This document shows, piece after piece, positions 33,515 to 42,821 of a DNA stretch of 63,080 nucleotides. Numbering within the stretch: the stretch's first letter is position 1; the number at the start of each line of letters is the position of its first letter. The notes under the pieces are model-generated. The model made no database searches. It saw only the letters and a list, made by a program, of their open reading frames with translations, and had not been told where the DNA came from. The position numbers were made by a program, and so were the translations under genes. The DNA lies in assembly GCA_020353235.1 (NCBI GenBank), contig CP070693.1, positions 12,847-75,926 of the forward strand. Reading direction: 5' to 3'. This DNA is from Dehalococcoidia bacterium. Its GTDB lineage: Bacteria > Chloroflexota > Dehalococcoidia > Dehalococcoidales > JAUYDJ01.

Positions 33515-34555
33515 CTATAAAATCAGCATGGCATCGCCGAAGCTGTAGAAGCGATACTTCTGGTCAATGGCTGCCTGATAGGCTTGGCCTATCAGCCCTT
33601 TGCCGGCAAAGGCGGAGACCAGCAGCAGCAGCGTTGAGCGGGGCAGGTGAAAGTTGGTAATCAGGGCGTCAACCATCTGAAACCGGTAGCCGGGCAGGAT
33701 ATAAAGGCTTATCCAGCCGACGAGGGGCCTGAGCCGGGTGGGGTGGCTTAACTGGGTCACCGCTTCCACTAATCGGGCAGTGGTGGTGCCCACGGCGATA
33801 ATGCGCCGCCCCGCCGCCTTGGCCTGGGAGAGCTTTTCAGCTACCTCAGCCGAAAGCACCCCATACTCTTTATGTATGGCATGCTCCAGGGGGTTATCCT
33901 CCCCAATCGGCTGGAAGGTGTCCAGCCCGATATGCAGGGTAACAAAAAGACAGCTAATCCCCAAGTCTTTAATCTTAGCCATCAGCTCCGAGGTGAAGTG
34001 CAGCCCGGCGGTAGGGGCAGCGACACTGCCCACTTCTCTGGCATAGACCGTCTGATAGCGCTCCACATCCTGCAGCGGGGAGTGGATATAGGGTGGTAAG
34101 GGCACCCTGCCCAGCTTGGTCAGCTGGGTCTCATCAGCGAAGCTTATCACCCGCATGCCCCCCTCCCCCAACTCAACCACCTCCGCCATAATCCTGAGCG
34201 TCGGTTTTTTTGTCGAGCCGTTACTTATCTCAATCTGGCTGCCGATAGTGGCGCGGCGGGCCGGTTTGACCAGTGTTTCCCAGACATTAGCCCTGAGCCG
34301 GCGCAGCAACAGAATTTCCAGTCTGCCGCCGGTAGCCGTTTTTTGCCCGTTGAGGCGGGCCGGGATAACCCGACTGTCATTGAACACCAGCACATCCCCT
34401 GCGCGCAGCCAGTCAATCAGCTCAAAAAAGTGGTGGTGCGCTATGGAGCCGCCGCCACGGTTCAATACCATAAGGCGGGCATAATCTCTTGGTTCAATTG
34501 GAGTCTGGGCAATGAGCTCCGGGGGCAGATAGTAGTCAAAATCACTGATCTTCAT
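33515..34555 (-). CDS. queA: S-adenosylmethionine:tRNA ribosyltransferase-isomerase
   Basis: MKISDFDYYLPPELIAQTPIEPRD N-terminus. PLPPYI and AAPTAGLHFT motifs. Confidence 0.93.
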   Translation of the reverse strand: MKISDFDYYLPPELIAQTPIEPRDYARLMVLNRGGGSIAHHHFFELIDWLRAGDVLVFNDSRVIPARLNGQKTATGGRLEILLLRRLRANVWETLVKPARRATIGSQIEISNGSTKKPTLRIMAEVVELGEGGMRVISFADETQLTKLGRVPLPPYIHSPLQDVERYQTVYAREVGSVAAPTAGLHFTSELMAKIKDLGISCLFVTLHIGLDTFQPIGEDNPLEHAIHKEYGVLSAEVAEKLSQAKAAGRRIIAVGTTTARLVEAVTQLSHPTRLRPLVGWISLYILPGYRFQMVDALITNFHLPRSTLLLLVSAFAGKGLIGQAYQAAIDQKYRFYSFGDAMLIL

Positions 34556-34612
34556 CTGAGGCTATTCTAAACCCTAAAGGCAATTCGGTGCAATTGAAAG
34601 CTAAAGCGGTCT

Positions 34613-34846
34613 TCACTGGCGGGTTTTCTTGACGTAGACCTTGATTTCCCCACCCTTCTCTTCCGTGCCCAGAAATTCTTGCCCGGTAGCCTGGCACCAG
34701 GCCGGCATATCCTGCATTATCCCCTTGTCATCGGCCACCACCTCCAGGACTTCACCCGGCTTCAGCTCTTTAATCTTCTCCGCCGTCTTAACAATGGGCA
34801 TCGGGCAATAGAGCCCGACACAGTCCAGACTCTGGTCTGCTTTCAT
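34613..34846 (-). CDS. tusA: TusA/SirA-family sulfur carrier protein
   Basis: 77 aa with the CVGLYCPMPIVK (CPxP) motif. Confidence 0.85.
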   Translation of the reverse strand: MKADQSLDCVGLYCPMPIVKTAEKIKELKPGEVLEVVADDKGIMQDMPAWCQATGQEFLGTEEKGGEIKVYVKKTRQ

Positions 34847-34858
34847 TCTATCTTCCTC

Positions 34859-35359
34859 CTAGATGAAAAGAGTTGTCTTTGACTCACGCGCCTCACCCAG
34901 GAAATAGGCGGCGCCAGCCAGGCTTTCCACCTCGCTGCGGAAAGAGCCTTCCTCAAGCCCCATTATGCCGCAGGTAGTGGTGCAGGCGATGAGTTTTACC
35001 CCCATCTGGTGCGCCATGGTGATGAACTCGTCTATAGACGGGTAATTAGCCTCTTTCATCAGCCGTTTCATCATCGCGGTGCCCAGACCAAGCATATTAA
35101 AGCGGGAAAGCTTCAGCCTTTTGGAGCCACCCCGGTTCATGAAGTTGAGCATCTTCCGCATCAGCCCCTGGCTTTTGATGCCGCCTTCGTTCTTCTTGAT
35201 GATGTTCAGCCCCCAGAAGGTGAAGAAAATGCTCACCGCCATGCCCATACTGGCCGCCGTGGTGGCGATGATGAAGCCGGCCAGGGCCTGGTCCAGGTTA
35301 CCACTGAACATGACTATGGTTAACTTTTCCTTCTCGGCCACTTGGCTTCCTCCTGTCAT
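34859..35359 (-). CDS. DsrE/DsrF-like (DrsE_2-type) sulfur relay family protein
   Basis: KLTIVMFSGNLDQALAGFIIATTAASMG...FFTFWGL...ACTTTCGIMG pattern. Confidence 0.7.
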   Translation of the reverse strand: MTGGSQVAEKEKLTIVMFSGNLDQALAGFIIATTAASMGMAVSIFFTFWGLNIIKKNEGGIKSQGLMRKMLNFMNRGGSKRLKLSRFNMLGLGTAMMKRLMKEANYPSIDEFITMAHQMGVKLIACTTTCGIMGLEEGSFRSEVESLAGAAYFLGEARESKTTLFI

Positions 35360-35544
35360 CAGCCCTTAATCTCAGCTCCACAATGGGGGCAAAACCTTTT
35401 CTCCCGCGGTAGAGGCTTACGGCACTTGGGGCAATAGAATATGGTTATCCGGCAAGCCTGGCAGTAGGGGAAATCGGCCGCCATTATCTCCACATCGCAG
35501 TAGGGACAGCAAAGACGCTCTTTCTTTTCTTTGGGCTTGGTCAT
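35359..35544 (-). CDS. Double zinc-ribbon protein (four CxxC pairs)
   Basis: CPYC, CQAC, CPKC and CPHC within 61 aa. 1-nt overlap with the downstream gene. Confidence 0.6.
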   Translation of the reverse strand: MTKPKEKKERLCCPYCDVEIMAADFPYCQACRITIFYCPKCRKPLPREKRFCPHCGAEIKG

Positions 35545-35546
35545 GA

Positions 35547-35930
35547 CTACTTCCCTCCCTTTTTCTTACCCCGGTAATCCTGTATTGCCTTATGCAGCGC
35601 TTGAGCACCCAGATTGGAGCAGTGAAACTTGTTCTGGGGTAATCCCTCCAGCTCATCAGCCACGGTGCGAGGAGTTATCTTCAGCGCTTCGTCCAAGGTT
35701 TTGCCCATCGCCATCTCGCTGACCATGCTGGAAACGGCGATGGCTGCCCCGCAACCGAAGGTCTTATATTTAACATCGGCCAGGCGGTTGTCCTTGACCT
35801 TGATGTAGAAGGTCATCATATCGCCGCATATGGGATTACCCACCTCACCAACACCATCCGGGGTCTCAATCTCCCCCACATTACGGGGATGCATAAAGTG
35901 CTCCATTACCTTGTCGCTATAAACAGGCAT
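35547..35930 (-). CDS. nifU: Fe-S cluster assembly scaffold NifU/IscU (N-terminal-domain type)
   Basis: GNPICGD, FGCGAAIA and HCSNLG cluster ligands. Start placed at the ATG directly after the nifS stop. Confidence 0.9.
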   Translation of the reverse strand: MPVYSDKVMEHFMHPRNVGEIETPDGVGEVGNPICGDMMTFYIKVKDNRLADVKYKTFGCGAAIAVSSMVSEMAMGKTLDEALKITPRTVADELEGLPQNKFHCSNLGAQALHKAIQDYRGKKKGGK

Positions 35931-35931
35931 A

Positions 35932-37119
35932 TCACTTGCCTCCTTTACCAGTCTTGATGAATTTAGCATAAAGGGGTGACATCTGCCGTAGCCGGTCCAC
36001 GATGGGCGGCATCACCTCAAGAACATAGTCTATATCCCGGGCACTATTATCCAGACCAAGAGTAAACAGGATAGACCCTTGAGCCAGGGCATGAGGTATG
36101 CCCATGGCAATGAGAACATGCGAGGCCTTCAGTGCCCTTGAGGTACAGGCGGAGCCGCTGGAGACAGCTACCCCCTGGCTGTTGAGCAACATCAGCATGG
36201 CTTCGCCTTCGATGAACTCAATACAGAAGCTGGCGTGTCCGGGTAGGCGCTGCTTGAGATGACCGGTGACAACCACATGGTCAATCTTAGCCGGTAGCTC
36301 AGTGAGCAACCGGTCACGGAGGGGGATAAGCTGCTTCATCCTCGCCGGCATATTGACCCGGGCCAGTTCCGCCGCCTTGCCTAGGCCGACAATGGCGGGG
36401 ACATTCTCGGTACCGGCGCGCCGTCCTCCCTCCTGCACCCCACCCTCCAAGAAAGGCATAATACGCACCCCCTTACGCACCCAGAGGGCGCCTACCCCTT
36501 TCGGACCGTAGAACTGGTTTCCGGCCAAGCTCAGGCTGTCCACGCCCAGCTCGCTGACATCAAGCGGGATCGTTCCCGCCGTAGCCACGGCATCAGTATG
36601 AAAGGGAATGTTTCTCTCCTTGGTTATTTTACTAATTTCGGCTAGCGGCTCAATGCTGCCGACCTCACCATTGGCATGCATCATAGATACCAGAATGGTA
36701 TCTTTGCGCAGGCTTTTCCGCACTGCCTGCGGGTCAACCACCCCGTATTTATCCACCGGCACCAGCGTCATCTCAAAGCCCCACTTCCCCAGGGTCTGGA
36801 CGGAGTGCAGCACCGAGAAATGCTCAATAGCCGAGACCACGATGTGCTTGCCCTTGCCCGGCTGGGCCAGAGCCAGCCCCTTGATGGCTAAATTATTGCT
36901 CTCAGTACCGCTGCCGGTGAATATTATCTCTTCCGGGTTGGCGCCGATAAGCTGAGCCACCTGGATACGGGCGCTCTCCACCGCCTCCCGCGCCTTATCC
37001 CCCCAGTCATGCAGGGAGGAGGGGTTGCCAAAGACTTCCCCCAGATAAGGCAGCATTGCCTCCCGGACCTCGGGTAGTAACGGGGTGGCGGCGGCATTGT
37101 CCAGATAAACTTTCCGCAT
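35932..37119 (-). CDS. nifS: NifS/IscS-family (class V aminotransferase fold) protein lacking the PLP-binding lysine
   Basis: Full-length similarity to NifS/IscS, including the SSGSACTS Cys loop. The usual S-G-H-K-x-Y-G-P-K-G reads [11 protein letters not shown] (H,K replaced by N,Q). DA(V/T)Q reads DAVA. Confidence 0.85.
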   Translation of the reverse strand: MRKVYLDNAAATPLLPEVREAMLPYLGEVFGNPSSLHDWGDKAREAVESARIQVAQLIGANPEEIIFTGSGTESNNLAIKGLALAQPGKGKHIVVSAIEHFSVLHSVQTLGKWGFEMTLVPVDKYGVVDPQAVRKSLRKDTILVSMMHANGEVGSIEPLAEISKITKERNIPFHTDAVATAGTIPLDVSELGVDSLSLAGNQFYGPKGVGALWVRKGVRIMPFLEGGVQEGGRRAGTENVPAIVGLGKAAELARVNMPARMKQLIPLRDRLLTELPAKIDHVVVTGHLKQRLPGHASFCIEFIEGEAMLMLLNSQGVAVSSGSACTSRALKASHVLIAMGIPHALAQGSILFTLGLDNSARDIDYVLEVMPPIVDRLRQMSPLYAKFIKTGKGGK

Positions 37120-37183
37120 AGCTACACCTCCCAGCCATCGCTCGGCAAAGTATTAACTAAAATCGGCTGAGCGGGTAATCCCC

Positions 37184-37633
37184 TCAGCTCAGTTGATACA
37201 GCACCAGCCCGGTACCGCCCAGGGCAACGCCGGTGATAATCATAAAGGCGCCACTGGCCATTACCGCCTGGATGAGACCAAAGCCAATCACGGCCAAATA
37301 CAGGTAGTTCTCCATGTTCATCGCCTGGGCATAGCTCAGCTGCTGGGGATTGGTCGGGTCAAACCGCCCCTCACCGAGCAGCTCCTGATAGGTAATAGCG
37401 ATGCCACGACGGTGCTCCCGTATCAGGTCGCCAGCTGCCTCTGCCTCCGCCGAAGTATCAACCAGAGTGGGCTCGGCCCCCTCCTCCAGGGAAAGCCTCA
37501 CCTGTTCCACCTGCATCGCCTCCACCAGCTGGTTATTTTTAGCCATGCCCAGACCGACAAATACGGTGCCCATGACTATCCCCACCAGACCGACCAGTAC
37601 CACCAGTATCGACAGAACCCTCATCATACTCAT
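37184..37633 (-). CDS. Hypothetical membrane protein (N-terminal TM, C-terminal TM pair)
   Basis: 149-aa ORF with hydrophobic termini and a GAGGAGG-like RBS (reverse complement of cctcctc). Confidence 0.55.
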   Translation of the reverse strand: MSMMRVLSILVVLVGLVGIVMGTVFVGLGMAKNNQLVEAMQVEQVRLSLEEGAEPTLVDTSAEAEAAGDLIREHRRGIAITYQELLGEGRFDPTNPQQLSYAQAMNMENYLYLAVIGFGLIQAVMASGAFMIITGVALGGTGLVLYQLS

Positions 37634-37808
37634 GACTCTACCTCCTCTCCCCTATTTAGCGGTAAGCCTCTTCGGCTAACAATTAATCTATCACAAATAC
37701 GGCCGAGATGTATGACTTATATCACATACATCATCTTAAAAGGGATATAGAATACTATATAAATATCGGCTTTTGTGTCAATTTTTAGACGGAGGGAGAA
37801 ATAGAAAG

Positions 37809-38045
37809 ATGATGTGGCCCATGTGGGGAATGCCAATCGGTATGGGGTGGATGGGTTTCGGTGGACTGTGGATGATACTGCTCTGGGGAGGGCTTATTGC
37901 GCTCACCGTGTGGGGAGTTGTCCGGCTAACCAGGCGTGAGGCGCCTACCCTGAAGCACGACCCGCTTGATGTCGCCAAAGAACGCTACGCCAAGGGAGAG
38001 ATATCCCAGGAAGAGTTCAAGCAGCTCAAGAAAGACCTGTCCTAG
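37809..38045 (+). CDS. SHOCT-domain small membrane protein
   Basis: Gly/Trp/Met-rich TM segment followed by DPLDVAKERYAKGEISQEEFKQLKKDL (SHOCT). Start placed after the GGAGGGAG RBS. Confidence 0.7.
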   Translation: MMWPMWGMPIGMGWMGFGGLWMILLWGGLIALTVWGVVRLTRREAPTLKHDPLDVAKERYAKGEISQEEFKQLKKDLS

Positions 38046-38068
38046 CCGGGAAGATTAACTGCTAATTA

Positions 38069-39205
38069 TCAGCGGTTAATCCCCAGCTCGGATTGAATGT
38101 AGAGCAATCTCATCAGGCCATCGCGGGTGACCAGCCCGATAACCCCTTCCTCACCAACCACCGGCATCTGGTTTATCCCGCTCTCGTCCATCTGCTCCAG
38201 TATACTCAACGCATCCTGACTCGGCGGGAGCATTTTTACTTTGTCAACCGGGGTCATAATTTCCCGCACCGAGGTTACCGACCACCTAGACTGGGGGACA
38301 GACTTAACATTGCTCAGCGTTAAGATCCCCTCCAGCCGGTCTTGGTCATTGACCAGAAAGCACTGGCGCCCGCCACCGAAGATGTACTGCTGAACCAGCT
38401 CACCGAGAGTGAGCTGGGGCGGAACCACTGCGCAATCGGGAGTCATCACTTGAAAAGCGGCCAGCCCCTGGAGGGCTTCCCGCCAGCGGGACTGCTGGTA
38501 ACTGGCTGAGGCAGCACTAACCAGAAACCAGCCGATGAAGGCCAACCATACTCCACTGAACCAGCTCATACCGAAGGGGCGCAGCACTGCCACCACCACA
38601 CCGCCCAGAATGAAGAGGTAGCCGAAGCCCTGTCCCAACCGGGTGGCCAGCCAGGTGGAGTGCCGATAGTCACCGGTTATCAGCCAGGAGATGGAACGGA
38701 AAACGCGCCCGCCGTCCAGGGGAAAACCGGGAATCAGGTTAAACACGGCCAGCACCAGATTGACATAAGCCAGCCAGAACGCCATGGCGGCGACTGGCTC
38801 AACCCCGCTGCGGGTAATCAGCCAGAGCAGACCGAAAAAAGCACTCAGTCCCAGACTGCAGGCCGGTCCGGCGCCCGCCATCAGCATCTCCACCCTGGAC
38901 TTCTTGGCTTCCCTGGTTATCATTGAGACACCGCCGAAGATGAACAGGGTTATGTTCTTTACCGGGATACCGTGGGCTCTCGCCACCAGGCTATGAGCTA
39001 ACTCATGAGCCACCACCGAGGCAAAGAACAGCAGGCTAGTAATGATACCGACAACCCAGTGCAGCCATGTTGGCCACTCAGGGTAACTGTAAGGAAATAC
39101 CTGCCACGACAACGAGATGGTTATCAGGAAAAATATGACGAACCAGGTATAATGCAGCCTAAATTGTATACCAAAGAGCCGGCCTAAATTAAATGAACTA
39201 TCCAC
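38069..39205 (-). CDS. Site-2 (M50) metalloprotease with a C-terminal CBS pair
   Basis: HELAHSL and NLIPGFPLDGGR motifs. C-terminal CBS-like repeats. Confidence 0.88.
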   Translation of the reverse strand: MDSSFNLGRLFGIQFRLHYTWFVIFFLITISLSWQVFPYSYPEWPTWLHWVVGIITSLLFFASVVAHELAHSLVARAHGIPVKNITLFIFGGVSMITREAKKSRVEMLMAGAGPACSLGLSAFFGLLWLITRSGVEPVAAMAFWLAYVNLVLAVFNLIPGFPLDGGRVFRSISWLITGDYRHSTWLATRLGQGFGYLFILGGVVVAVLRPFGMSWFSGVWLAFIGWFLVSAASASYQQSRWREALQGLAAFQVMTPDCAVVPPQLTLGELVQQYIFGGGRQCFLVNDQDRLEGILTLSNVKSVPQSRWSVTSVREIMTPVDKVKMLPPSQDALSILEQMDESGINQMPVVGEEGVIGLVTRDGLMRLLYIQSELGINR

Positions 39206-39310
39206 TTTTCCTCATACTCCCTAGGTATTTGGCGAGCAAAAAAAGCTTCACCAGGGGGAAACTTACCCCTGGTGAAGGAAATTATACCAATAATAACCTA
39301 AATTTTCCCC

Positions 39311-40105
39311 TTATCGCGATACCTTCACTTGTTGTAGAATGCCGATGGCAACCTCAGCCGCCCGCCTCCCCGATACCAGCATGCCACCGAAGATGGGGCC
39401 CATTCTGGGTGCCCCCAGAACGGCATTAGCCGCCATACCGGCCACGATTAAGCCGGGATAGACCTCTACCGTGTTCTCAACCAATTTACCTTCACCAATA
39501 TCAGCCCACATTGGTTTCTCCCCCATGATGCCACCCCCCTCGGTTCTCAACTTACCCTTGAGCTTATCCACCACGATATGGCAGACCTCACTGGCATGGC
39601 CGGTGGCGTCAATCACCACCTTGGCCCGCATCGTCAGGGGGTCGACATGGAGCTTGGCTAACTCGGTAGCCGTCCAGTTCAGCACCAGCCCGGTGACGCG
39701 GTTATTCTCCCGAATCATCACATCCTCAACGCTGATTAAATTGAAAATCCGGGCGCCAGCCCTGATTGCCTCGGTACAGAGCGCCGCCGTGGACTCCAGG
39801 GAATCAGCCAGATAGTAGCCTGGCTCATACTCCCAACTCCTGATGTTAAACTCATCCAGTATCTTCTTCCCCTCATCCTGCACCACAATGCGGTTGAACA
39901 TCATACCGCCGCCGGGCATGCCACCACCAACGCGGAGGCTGCGCTCAAATAATACCGTCTTGATTCCGTCCCGCGCCAGATAATAGGCAGCGGTCATACC
40001 GGACGGCCCGGCGCCAACGATGGCGACATCCGCCTCCATGGCGTCCATGAAATCATTCATAAAGCTCTCGGTGATTGCCTTGGATATGGTTATCTCGTCA
40101 AGCAT
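39311..40105 (-). CDS. thi4: Thiazole synthase Thi4 (archaeal/eukaryotic type)
   Basis: [10 protein letters not shown] dinucleotide fold. GGMMFN and [11 protein letters not shown] motifs. Lies directly downstream of thiC. Confidence 0.88.
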   Translation of the reverse strand: MLDEITISKAITESFMNDFMDAMEADVAIVGAGPSGMTAAYYLARDGIKTVLFERSLRVGGGMPGGGMMFNRIVVQDEGKKILDEFNIRSWEYEPGYYLADSLESTAALCTEAIRAGARIFNLISVEDVMIRENNRVTGLVLNWTATELAKLHVDPLTMRAKVVIDATGHASEVCHIVVDKLKGKLRTEGGGIMGEKPMWADIGEGKLVENTVEVYPGLIVAGMAANAVLGAPRMGPIFGGMLVSGRRAAEVAIGILQQVKVSR

Positions 40106-40116
40106 ATTGCCTCCTG

Positions 40117-41445
40117 TTAGCGTGCTTTCTTTTTATCCGGCTGAAAGCCGTGGTCTTTAGTCAGCGGAACGCCCAGGTAGTTACCGATAAACTCCATAGC
40201 GCAGAAGTCGCCGCACATGCTGCACGCCTTCCCCGAGGAAGCGTGCCGGCTGTGCACCCGCCGCGCCAGCTCCGGGTCTATCGATAGCCTGGCCTGCTCT
40301 TCCCAGTCGAGCTTCTTGCGGGCGATGGACATCTTGCGATCCCAGTCAAGGGCGCCCTTCACCCCCTTAACGATGTCGGCGGCGTGAGCCGAAATGCGGG
40401 AGGCAATTACCCCCTCGCGCACGTCATCAGACTCGGGCAGACCGAGGTGCTCGGCAGGGGTGACATAGCACAGGAAATCGGTGCCGGCGGCGCCGGCAAT
40501 CGCCCCGCCGATGGCGCCGGTGATATGGTCATAGCCGGCGGCAACATCGGTCACCAGCGGACCGAGCACGTAGAAGGGAGCCCCCCGGCAGATAGACTTC
40601 TGTATCTGGACATTGGCCACCACCTGGTCCAGGGGCACATGTCCCGGCCCCTCCACCATCGCCTGAACCCCGGCCTCCTGCGCCCTCTTGACCAGCTCGC
40701 CGATAACGAGCAGCTCCTCAATCTGGGCGCGGTCGGTAGCGTCAACGACGCTCCCCGGGCGCATACCGTCGCCCAAACTCAGGGTAACATCGTACTTCAG
40801 ACACATGTCCAGCAGGCGGTCATAGTATTCGTAGAGGGGATTTTCCTTTTCATTGGCCAGTATCCAGCCGGCGAGGAAAGAACCGCCGCGAGAGACGACA
40901 TCGGCCACCCGCGTCTGCTTGCGGAGACGGGCGATGGCCGACTGGGTTACCCCGCAGTGCACGGTGATGAAGTCAATGCCGTCCCGGCAGTGCTCCTCTA
41001 TGCCGGCGAAGAGCTCATCAACAGTCATCTTGACGATGGCGCCGTGCTTCTTGATGGCGGCAATCGCCGCCTGGTAGATGGGCACGGTGCCGATGGGCAC
41101 CGGGCTGGCGGCCAGAATCTCCCGCCTGATGGCCGATATGTCACCGCCGGTGCTCAGGTCCATCACCGTATCCGCCCCGGCCTCTATCGCCACCCGCAGC
41201 TTCTCCAGCTCAACCTTGACATCGCAGTAATCGGAAGAGGTGCCGATATTGGCGTTGACCTTGGTGCGCAGCCCCTTGCCGATACCCAGCGGGGCCAGGT
41301 GCTTGTGGTTGACGTTGGCCGGGATGACGATGGTCCCCTCCGCCACCCCGCGCCGCACCATCTCGGCGTCAACGTTCTCGTGCCGGGCGACCGCCTCCAT
41401 CTGGGGCGAGATTACATTCTTCTTGGCCAGCTCCAGCTGCGTCAT
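40117..41445 (-). CDS. thiC: Phosphomethylpyrimidine synthase
   Basis: Strong overall ThiC pattern with the C-terminal [10 protein letters not shown] radical-SAM-type cluster motif. Start placed at the ATG after GGAGGTGGAG. The ORF track start at 41487 is probably too long. Confidence 0.95.
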   Translation of the reverse strand: MTQLELAKKNVISPQMEAVARHENVDAEMVRRGVAEGTIVIPANVNHKHLAPLGIGKGLRTKVNANIGTSSDYCDVKVELEKLRVAIEAGADTVMDLSTGGDISAIRREILAASPVPIGTVPIYQAAIAAIKKHGAIVKMTVDELFAGIEEHCRDGIDFITVHCGVTQSAIARLRKQTRVADVVSRGGSFLAGWILANEKENPLYEYYDRLLDMCLKYDVTLSLGDGMRPGSVVDATDRAQIEELLVIGELVKRAQEAGVQAMVEGPGHVPLDQVVANVQIQKSICRGAPFYVLGPLVTDVAAGYDHITGAIGGAIAGAAGTDFLCYVTPAEHLGLPESDDVREGVIASRISAHAADIVKGVKGALDWDRKMSIARKKLDWEEQARLSIDPELARRVHSRHASSGKACSMCGDFCAMEFIGNYLGVPLTKDHGFQPDKKKAR

Positions 41446-41460
41446 ACTCCACCTCCCATA

Positions 41461-41505
41461 TAAAAAATTTACCAAGGGTTGCGGCATTCGGACTGGTCCC
41501 TTGGT
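41461..41505 (-). terminator. thiC riboswitch expression platform: terminator hairpin plus U-tract
   Basis: On the minus strand, ACCAAGGG...CCCTTGGT (8 bp) is followed by AAATTTTTTA. Confidence 0.6.
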
Positions 41506-41514
41506 TTCAAGCTT

Positions 41515-41602
41515 TTGCCGCTTCCCTACGCTCGCATTGTCGAGATCAGGTTCCTGGGGTTGGCTCCAAACTGCCTCTCAGCCGTTGTGCACCCCCAGCG
41601 AC
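41515..41602 (-). promoter_or_regulatory. TPP (THI-box) riboswitch aptamer upstream of thiC-thi4
   Basis: The reverse complement reads GGGGUGC..CUGAGA..ACCCCAGGAACCUGAUCUCGACAAUGCGAGCGUAGGGAAG. Confidence 0.9.
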
Positions 41603-41726
41603 AACCCTATTCAATTGTCTATTCTGCGGGGATTATAGCATAAGAATTTCCAAAATGCAAGTGGCTAGAATCAAATTTGGCACGTAAAGAAGCCGGGCAG
41701 ACCATTGGGAGTGAGATGAAAAGACT

Positions 41727-41987
41727 TCAGGCAGAGTTTTCCTCCATCCATTTTAAAGAAAGAAGAATGATACCGACGCCGTCAGCAATACACAGAAAAA
41801 TGAAAACGACCAACAAGATGACTGGTAAATATGGATAGCGTGAAAAATCCGCTTGCGATAATTGTGGGTAAGCAAGACTAAATATACCAAAGGGCAATAT
41901 AAACATGAATATCAGAAGTAAAATTCTACTTAACCAATTCTCTGACATAAGGTAAATATAACAAGAGAATAGATAATATTCAATCAA
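41727..41987 (-). CDS. Small hydrophobic hypothetical protein in an AT-rich island (doubtful)
   Basis: 86-aa ORF with two hydrophobic segments. Composition is AT-rich relative to its surroundings. No clear RBS. Confidence 0.3.
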   Translation of the reverse strand: MIEYYLFSCYIYLMSENWLSRILLLIFMFILPFGIFSLAYPQLSQADFSRYPYLPVILLVVFIFLCIADGVGIILLSLKWMEENSA

Positions 41988-42053
41988 GACAGAGGAGAAC
42001 CAGGCAAAGTTTCGTCAAGAGCGGGCGAAGTGATAGAATTAGGCGGAACTGAG

Positions 42054-42785
42054 ATGGAAAGGCTTATTAGCGGGGCAGGAAGGCTGGGACTGCAGCTCAG
42101 CCCCGGGCAGGTGGAGCAGTTTGAAGTCTATTACCGGGAGCTAGTTAACTGGAACCGGCGCATAAATTTAACCGCCATCACCGGCTACGAGGAGGTGCAA
42201 ATCAAGCACTTCCTGGACTCGCTGGCGGTGACGCTGGCGCTGAAGCCTGGTGACAAGAGCTTCCGGCTGATTGATGTCGGCAGCGGGGCGGGGCTGCCCG
42301 GCATACCGCTTAAGATTATAATGCCCGATATAAAGTTGACTTTGCTGGAGGCGACCGCCAAGAAAGCCGCCTTCCTGGACCACATCAGCCAGAAACTGGG
42401 GCTGAAAGACGTGGCGGTGGTGGTGGGGCGGGCGGAGGACATCGCCCACCGGGAACAGTACCGCGAGCAGTTTGACATCGTCCTCTCCCGGGCGGTGGCC
42501 CCGCTGGTCAGCCTAGTGGAACTGACCCTGCCCTTCTGCGCCATCGGCGGTTGCTTCATCGCCCAGAAGAAGGGGGCGGTTGACCCGGAGCTGAGCCAGG
42601 CAACCGGGGCGGTGGGGCGGCTGGGGGGAAAGCTAAGGGAAAGAAAAAGAATTGAGCTTGCCGAGTTCAGCGGTAAACGCTGGCTCATCGTCATTGACAA
42701 GGTTTCGCCCACCCCTGAGACTTACCCCCGCCGCGCCGGCATCCCCCAGAAAAGACCGCTCCTTGATAAGCAGGCTAAACAATAG
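42054..42785 (+). CDS. rsmG: 16S rRNA (guanine527-N7)-methyltransferase
   Basis: NRRINLTAI, HFLDSL and DVGSGAGLPGIPLKI motifs. Confidence 0.9.
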   Translation: MERLISGAGRLGLQLSPGQVEQFEVYYRELVNWNRRINLTAITGYEEVQIKHFLDSLAVTLALKPGDKSFRLIDVGSGAGLPGIPLKIIMPDIKLTLLEATAKKAAFLDHISQKLGLKDVAVVVGRAEDIAHREQYREQFDIVLSRAVAPLVSLVELTLPFCAIGGCFIAQKKGAVDPELSQATGAVGRLGGKLRERKRIELAEFSGKRWLIVIDKVSPTPETYPRRAGIPQKRPLLDKQAKQ

Positions 42786-42821
42786 TAAAATATGCTTAAA
42801 CGGGGGAGAGTGAGGAGAGAG

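Noticed and set aside
40384-41463. 359-aa ORF on the plus strand
   Set aside because: It is antisense to thiC, whose identity is unambiguous. The product is Gly/Arg/His-rich and has no RBS.
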